From the NCBI GenBank assembly GCA_964016885.1, contig OZ024751.1, positions 4,898,001 to 4,962,000 of the forward strand: a stretch of DNA of 64,000 nucleotides, written 5' to 3'. The position numbers were made by a program, and so were the translations under genes. The notes below the pieces were generated by a model. The model was not told where the DNA came from and did not search any database. It saw only the letters and a program-made list of their open reading frames with translations. How positions within the stretch are numbered: position 1 is the stretch's first letter; every line of letters begins with the position of its first letter. Source of the DNA: Eledone cirrhosa. Its lineage: Eukaryota. Positions 56,120 through 64,000 of the stretch are shown here, in pieces.

Positions 56120-57255
56120 TGATTTTTCTGGAATGTTTTTTCGTTGGTATTATTATATCTAATGGTATTTCCCCTGTTGTTGTGTGGTCTTGTATAGAAG
56201 TTTCGGACGTATTGAGGTTCGGTTTGTTGATAGTCCGGGTTGTAGATTTGGTTCCTTTGTGTGGGTTGGGATCTATGGTTTTGGAACAGGCTCTGTGTGG
56301 GCAGGGGTCTACGGTTTTGGAATAGGTTTTGTGTGGGTTGTGATCTGCGGATCAGGTCCTGCCTTGTGTTCGGGGATCTTTGGTTTTTGTTAGTAGGGTT
56401 ATAGTTTTGTCTATGGTTTCTGGGATTATCGTTATAGTTTTGCTGGGGGTATGTTGGACGTTTTGTTACTTTTTTTGTTATTTGTTGTGCATGTGGTGTG
56501 TGAGTTTTAGTTTGTTTTAAAAATGGGTTACCTGTATGTTGTTCATTTTTGAAGTCCATTTCGTAGTTGTTGAACCAGGTGGCGTTTTTTTCCCATCGCT
56601 GGAGGGATGTGAGTTCTTCATCCTCACAGTTTTCTTTCCAAAGTTTTAGGGTTTTTTTGTAGAGTAGGCCTTCAGAGTGCTTTGAGATTTCTGTGTCCAT
56701 CTGTTGGTCGAGTGACTTGAATTTTTCTTCGTTGGAGTTGGCTCTTAATCGCAACAGTTCTATTTCTGTTTTAAATTTTTCCAATGCCATCTTTTCCCTA
56801 AGTCTTTGTTGGTTTTCTGGTTCATTCGGGATGGGTTTTATTTGGAGTTTTTTGGGGAGGATGATTGGGGTAGAGTTTAGCCACTTTTCATATATGTCTG
56901 CCTTGCCATTATTTTTTAGGAGATTCCAAAGGGCGAATTTGCGGGCTGTGAGCTTTTGAGTCCATATGTTGATGATTAGGGTGTTTTTCACTGAGTGGAC
57001 ATCTCGTAGATTGGGTTCTAACGGTTGTTCAAGCTTTTGGAGCATTGTTGTTTCAATGGTTTCGATTAGCTTAGTTAATACTGGAGTAATATTCGTCTCT
57101 TGGGTATTTTCTGTTTCTTCGTGGGGTCCTTTTTTATAGATGTGTATTTGGTCCACTTTGTTGGTCAAAATTGAGAGTTTAGAGGAAATCTCTTTGAGTT
57201 CATTTAAGATGTCCTGGTTCAGTGAGTTGTTGTTTTGTTGAGACTTTGGTGGCAT
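56050..57255 (-). CDS. PLE upstream ORF1 (401 aa): coiled-coil-like N-terminus and Q/N/R/P-rich C-terminus, function unknown
   Basis: Intact ATG-initiated ORF directly after the 5' pLTR, overlapping ORF2. Confidence 0.8.
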   Translation of the reverse strand: MPPKSQQNNNSLNQDILNELKEISSKLSILTNKVDQIHIYKKGPHEETENTQETNITPVLTKLIETIETTMLQKLEQPLEPNLRDVHSVKNTLIINIWTQKLTARKFALWNLLKNNGKADIYEKWLNSTPIILPKKLQIKPIPNEPENQQRLREKMALEKFKTEIELLRLRANSNEEKFKSLDQQMDTEISKHSEGLLYKKTLKLWKENCEDEELTSLQRWEKNATWFNNYEMDFKNEQHTGNPFLKQTKTHTPHAQQITKKVTKRPTYPQQNYNDNPRNHRQNYNPTNKNQRSPNTRQDLIRRSQPTQNLFQNRRPLPTQSLFQNHRSQPTQRNQIYNPDYQQTEPQYVRNFYTRPHNNRGNTIRYNNTNEKTFQKNHFLDQGYRTHDTRWHKPILKNRK

Positions 57256-57837
57256 TTTCGGTCTTCGTGTGGTGGGTATATATTAGAAAGTGAGGTTTTT
57301 TTTACAAAATGAAAAATAACCGAGGTGTCCTACACGAGTGGAAGTATAAAGAAAAAGGGATGAAATCGAAAATGCAACTGAAGTCTTATTTTTTTAAAAT
57401 GTAATGAAAATGTAATGAAAACTTGTTCACGTGACAGCCAAATTTCATTTATAACCAACCAAAAAAAAGCCTTCGTGAGCCTCATTTTTTCAAGTAAAAA
57501 GAAATTCAAACACTCATATATGAAAAAAACAACCTGTGACAACCCCCCCCCCCCTCTCTTATTTGAAGAACTATTGTAACGCGAACTGGCGCGAAATTTA
57601 TTATAATTATTGACAAACCAATCAAATTACTTCTCGAAAAACTTGGTTTTCGAGCCAGTTTTTCCATATAAAACAAGTAACATTTAGAGACCAACCAGAT
57701 GTGAGAAAAACCACAGACCCTCCATCTCAACTCACCTTTTGAAAAGCAGAAAAACTGCGAAACCGGTAAAGGAATCAAATAAATATATATATTTTTAAAA
57801 AAATAAGACTTCAGTTGCATTTTCGATTTCATCCCTT

Positions 57838-57907
<70 letters not shown>

Positions 57908-57942
57908 ATATTAAATAAATGGAAACTATATTTATAAAACCA

Positions 57943-58004
57943 TATTCTATTATATATATTTCAAGGGTACCAAAAACTTTGGTACGCTTTCATCAAATAA
58001 AATA
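57943..58004 (-). ncRNA. Hammerhead motif (UUGAUGA variant); inverted copy 62047-62108 has GAAA changed to AAAA
   Basis: TATTTTAT-TTGATGA-AAGCGTACCAAAG..TTTGGTACCCTT-GAAA-TATATA-TA-ATAGAATA. Confidence 0.65.
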
Positions 58005-58983
58005 CAAAGAGTGTTTTATAAATTTTGACATAGCCAAGGAAAATCATACCTTACCAGTTGAATATTCCCTGGCTAGTGAGAATATAGAACGGATTTTTCA
58101 AACTAATGGATGAATATGCAAATGAATATGTAAATAATTGAAAAACCGTTATTTTAAACGCTATGGAAAGTTTAGATATATAATAATAAGAGAGAAAGAA
58201 GAAGGAAAAAAGAAAAGGAAAGATAAAGGAAGACCACATATAACGTTAATTTTGGGGAAATATATTCGAACATTTATCTCTGTATATATTTATATGGAGA
58301 AATATATATATCTATATATATTTTAATAGCATCTGTATTTTTATTAAAAGGATAATTTACAATTATTATTTGTTTATAATATGAGTTACGAGGGAAGTAT
58401 AAATAAATAAATAAATAAATAAATAAATAGGCAGTTCATGTTTTAGGTGGTTGTTCTAATATGAGTTACGAATGATGTTGATTTTGTATTTTATGTAAAT
58501 AAATATGTAATTAGATTTAAGAATGTTTTAAAATTAAATTAACGGAGTTAAGTATAATATTTATATGATTGAAAAGGAAAGATAACTCCGATTTTATTTG
58601 TTAATCGTTAGTGTGAGATTACTTAATTATTTAGTCGAAAGAAATATTGATGTTTAGGATACACTTTGCTAGAATCAGTTAATGTTTATTAATCTACCTT
58701 TAAAGAATAGCTTTAGAGGGTGTCATTGTACTTAATAAAGAATTAAGAAATTAAAAAAATTTAAAAATTAAAAATTAAAAAATTAAGATTAAAAATTAAA
58801 AAAATTTAAAAATTTAAATTTAAAAATTAGAATTATATACGTATATATTATAAGAAATTTTTAAAAAGTGGAAGTACTATAAATATTTGAGATGATATGA
58901 TTTAGAGATATCAATATATTAAAACGGAAAAAATGAAACGAAATTTCATTTCTCACTCTTAGTACGGCTGTTACTTAAATATA

Positions 58984-59618
58984 AGTATGTATACGTACAT
59001 ACATATATGTATACAGACGTACAGTAGTATGTATATATATATATACATGCACACATATATATATGTACGTATGGATTCACCGAACATTTATTATAATGCT
59101 CGGTGTGTTTGTAAACAAACATCCCGAATTAAGCCGTACAGTGTCTGGCAACCATCGTTGCTCTTTTGTTCAACACTGACAAAGGAACGCTGTACTAGTT
59201 TCAAGCCTATTAGCTATCGTCAAAACGATAAACGATAAACGATAAACGATAAACGATAAACGATAAACGGAAAAAATGAACTCACTCGATATGCAAATTA
59301 GGTTGCTCAGCCGTTAATATGCATAAGGAAAGTATATACTTTCAGACGTTCAATCATCTGGCAGGAAGGTATACGTTGCTGACGATAGCTAATAAGCTTG
59401 AAACTAGTACAGCGTTCCTTTGTCAGTGTTGAACAAAAGAGCAACGATGGTTGCTAGACACTGTACGGCTTAATTCGGGATGTTTGTTTACAAACACACC
59501 GAGCATTATAATAAATGTTCGGTGAATCCATACGTACATATATATATATGTGTGCATGTATATAAATATACATACTACTGTATGTCTATATACATATATG
59601 TATGTAAGTATACATACT
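58984..59618. mobile_element. Fold-back insert with inverted arms of about 238 bp, nested in the PLE-C 3' UTR
   Basis: 58984-59221 is the near-perfect reverse complement of 59381-59618. The spacer contains (AAACGAT)6. Confidence 0.88.
59373..59415 (+). ncRNA. Minimal hammerhead, GUA cleavage triplet
   Basis: ACGTTG-CTGACGA-TAGCT AATA AGCTT-GAAA-CTAG-TA-CAGCGT. Confidence 0.82.
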
Positions 59619-62243
59619 AATATATTAAAAATAAATTGTTAAAGCAGATAGGATTGTTTTGGAGATTAATAGGAATATTATAAGTATAATTATAAGTTAT
59701 ATATAGTTCAGAATGTCGAATTCTGGCGATGTCTACAAGAACTGAATAATTCTGTTCTGAGATTAATAGAGTTTTGACAGTTAATTATATAAAAAATTTC
59801 TTCAATACACAATTTACAGAATCTTGATAAAGCCGTGTTGGTTTGCAGGTGCTTATGAAATCGTTTTCCAAGACATTGAATAGTCTCTATTCTTGCTTTT
59901 TATGTTCGATATAAGGTGCGAGAGGGAAGTAGAAGATTTTTTCATGAGATCTTTTAAAAGAGTGATTGTGGTTATTCCAGCGAACTTTAAATTCTGTAGA
60001 AGTGGCACCGACATAGTTAAATATATTTTCACTAGTTTTAACTGCATGTATAAACTACGTTTTTGTCCAAACACTTATTTTGTAAAGGGCAGTTTGATTT
60101 GATTCTACAGTTACATTTTACGGAGTTGTTGTTGTTCGGAACGGTACTATTAGGTTGGATATTGCTAGAAATATTATTATTGCTATTATAGTTATTTTGG
60201 TTAGGGTTTAAATTTAAGTTTCTATTATTAATTCTATTTATATTTTGAGCTATGTTCATAGTAGTAGCGTAGGATAGTTTAATAGTATGTCTGTTAATGA
60301 TTGCGTGGTATATGTGGGCTTTAGGAAAACATTTGTCTAGTGCTTTAAAGAATAGCTTTGCTAAAGGTTTTGTAACGCTTAATGAGAATGGGGGTGAATA
60401 CCAAATAATATTTCTAGTTCTTTTGTTTGTTTTAGAGTTTAAGTTAAATTGTTTATTATTATTACAATTAATAGTAGGGTGATTTGCCTTATTATTGTTG
60501 TCAATGTATTTAATTTTATTCATATACCCTGCTCTATTTAAAGCTTCATTATAATATTCAGCCTTATCACCAAAAATATTTTTTATTCGTTGTTGGACAC
60601 TATTGACAATAGTGTTCTTAATAGATCTAGGATGATTAGAGTTAAAACTTGCGTAATTTAGATTTTCATTAATTTTATAGAATGGATAGTAAAGACCTGT
60701 GCTAAGGTTTAATGTTACATCTAAGAAGTTAACAATTTTGTAGTTTTTCTCTATTTCTAACTTAAGATTGTAGTTGTTGAAAAATTGTATTATGGATTTT
60801 CTTTTCCTATTAATTTCACTATTGCCTTGGTTTTCAATTGAAAGCAACATATCGTCACGATATAAACCTCCGGTCATCTCTGGCATTTTCCTATGCAGTA
60901 CATTATTAATAAATAAGCCCACATGATCAGGTTATTTGCGCCGAGTCAGATGATCCCATGGTGATATCAAAATTATTTTTTCTATTGGCTCTTGTCCAGA
61001 GATGATTGTTGAATTCAATTAAAGTTTTCCGTGCAGTTAAAATGATATGCATTTCTTCGCTAGATAAATTTGTATGTTTAGATGCATCGATGAGAGCCCT
61101 ATTAAGTAAACTAAGAGTAATGGAGGAGTAGTAATTTGCAATATCCATTTGAATGAATTTTTTGTTATGTTTAAATTTTATGTTATTGAACCAATCTATA
61201 ACCTCATAGTTTTAGATGTGATTTTTCTTTAAGTAGCGGTATGATTCTCTCTAATATATGTTTACTAATTATGCCTAAGTCTGATTTAGATGGTGTTATA
61301 AGTCTGACTGGTAGTTCTATTTCAAAGTTTCTTTTGTGGTCTTTCAGGTTAATTTTCGGTCTTCTAGGTATAAAGGGTTTAGTCCTATTTTGGATGCCTA
61401 ATTTATGAATTTTTTCGGAAGCTTCTCTAATTAACGTTGCAAGATTAGTTGTTATTTTGTAGTTTTTTCTGAGTTCCTTCAGTAAAAGATTATTATATTC
61501 GTCCTTTTGGATTCCGTATAGATTGTTAATTTTATCAGATTTTACGAGGATCTTCTCAGTTTTTTCAAGATTGTCTATATTATTCTTGAGGCCTTTAAGG
61601 TATTCCTGGCCTACAAATTGGTTTTTCTTGAATTTGATGTTTTGTATAATAGATACTTCATTTTCAAATTCCATTAATAGTTTGTTGTTAGGTGGATTCT
61701 TCTTAGATTTGAAGATAAGATATATTAAAATATATATAGATATATATATTTCTCCATATAAATATATACTTAGATAAATGTTCGAATATATTTCCCCCAA
61801 ATTAACGTTATATGTGGTCTTACTTTATCTTTCCTTTACTTTTTTCCTTCTTCTTTCTCTCTTATTATTATATATCTAAACTTTCCATAGCGTTTAAAAT
61901 AACGGCTTTTCAATTATTTACATATTCATTTGCATATTTATCCATAAGTTTGAAAAATCCGTTCTATATTCTCACTACACAGGGAATATTCAACTGGTAA
62001 GGTATAATTTTCCTTGGCTATGTCAAAATTTATAAAACACTCTTTGTATTTTATTTGATGAAAGCGTACCAAAGTTTTTGGTACCCTTAAAATATATATA
62101 ATAGAATAAATATGGTTTTATAAATATAGTTTCCATTTATTTAATATCATTGAATATTTACTCCAGAAACTGTCGAGTGCTCTGAATCAGTTATAAACAT
62201 TTATATTTGTGCGATTTCCAACAAATTAAATATCCCTTCTACT

Positions 62244-62267
<24 letters not shown>

Positions 62268-62274
<7 letters not shown>

Positions 62275-63076
62275 GACGTAAAATAAGAAAATTATAAAAA
62301 TTAACTTACTTACTAAAATTTCACTCCAACTAATTAGTTTCTGAAAGGGAATAAACATGGTTTCCGAATGGAACCCATGGCGAAAGCCTTTCGTCATCAG
62401 GAAGTCTATTCTCAGCTAATTTCCCAGGCGATGCGTGGACACAGGGAACTTATACAAAAATAATTCAGTGGATGGAAAAAAGCAAGCGTGGACTAAATTC
62501 CAAGATATTGAAAAAATCACTGCCTACTTGGTCGGTGGCAAATTCAAAAGAATCAATCACGTGACATCGAGGTTAATCAGTTAGGAGTGGGGTGTTAAGA
62601 AGACAGTAGCCGAACTATTACTATGAACTATAGTAGCAAGTAGCAGTTTTGGCAAATTTTTGCTCAACAAAAAAATTTATAGATAATTATAAAGAATTAG
62701 TATATCTACCAACATATATATACAGATGCATACCTATGCTAGCAAATATATAGGTTTTGTCTTAGTAACTTTGTGGTTCAATGCAAGGGGATGCAGAACA
62801 ATTATATGAAAGACGTAAAATAAGAAAATTATAAAAATTAACTTACTAAAATTTCACTTCAACTAATTAGTTTCTGAAAGGGAATAAACATGGTTTCCGA
62901 ATGGAACCCATGGCGAAAGCCTTTCGTCATCAGGAAGTCTATTCTCAGCTAATTTCCCAGGCGATGCGTGGACACAGGGAACTTATACAAAAATAATTCA
63001 GTGGATGGAAAAAAGCAAGCGTGAACTAAATTCCAAGATATTGAAAAAATCACTACCTACTTGGTCGGTGGCAAAT
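62268..63076. mobile_element. Non-coding unit: direct repeats of about 270 bp (62268-62543 and 62805-63076) around an internal segment of about 260 bp
   Basis: Near-identical direct repeats, both ends in TA satellite, no ORF. Confidence 0.75.

Positions 63077-64000
<924 letters not shown>

Larger units (their letters stand above)
52588..57842 (-). mobile_element. Full-length two-ORF Neptune-like PLE with 3' pLTR, partial direct 5' pLTR (57281-57398) and inverted pLTR (57407-57842)
   Basis: 57281-57398 matches 52587-52705. 57407-57842 is the reverse complement of about 52655-53090. Both ends lie in (TA)n. Confidence 0.9.
57902..62244 (-). mobile_element. Degenerate PLE family C (related to A) with inverted pLTRs (57902-58325 and 61720-62244)
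   Basis: ORF pieces 61204-61800, 60927-61148 and 60038-60922 (KSDK, LKDHK, FDITMGSSDSA, GLYRDD, RNIIWYSPP, CNCR). GIY-YIG remnant extends to about 59708. Terminal segments are reverse complements. Confidence 0.88.

Overview
Eukaryotic, very AT-rich, repeat-only region with no recognisable host gene. The (GAT)n-tailed tRNA SINEs, huge TA/TATG tracts and TE complement suggest a mollusc, plausibly an octopus; this is inference only. About half the window is (TA)n-derived satellite, which produces all the YI/MY ORFs, and there is a 200-N assembly gap. The TA tracts carry retroelements: two copies of a CR1-group LINE (one full length, with a Myb-like/polyQ/CCCH ORF1), at least six Penelope-like element (PLE; RT + C-terminal GIY-YIG) insertions of several families with direct and inverted pseudo-LTRs, a Gypsy-like LTR/PBS/gag stub at a PLE inversion junction, and several short non-coding elements. 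An RTE 3' end, SINEs and a 58-bp minisatellite lie at the start. Three signals stand out. (1) Both the LINE and an unrelated two-ORF PLE have an ORF2 in the -1 frame with no initiator ATG, opening just upstream of an in-frame U UUU UUA slippery heptamer. (2) About 15 minimal hammerhead-ribozyme motifs occur, several in non-coding retrozyme-like units. (3) The TA satellite has cryptic kb-scale higher-order structure. All calls were made by eye, so boundaries are approximate.
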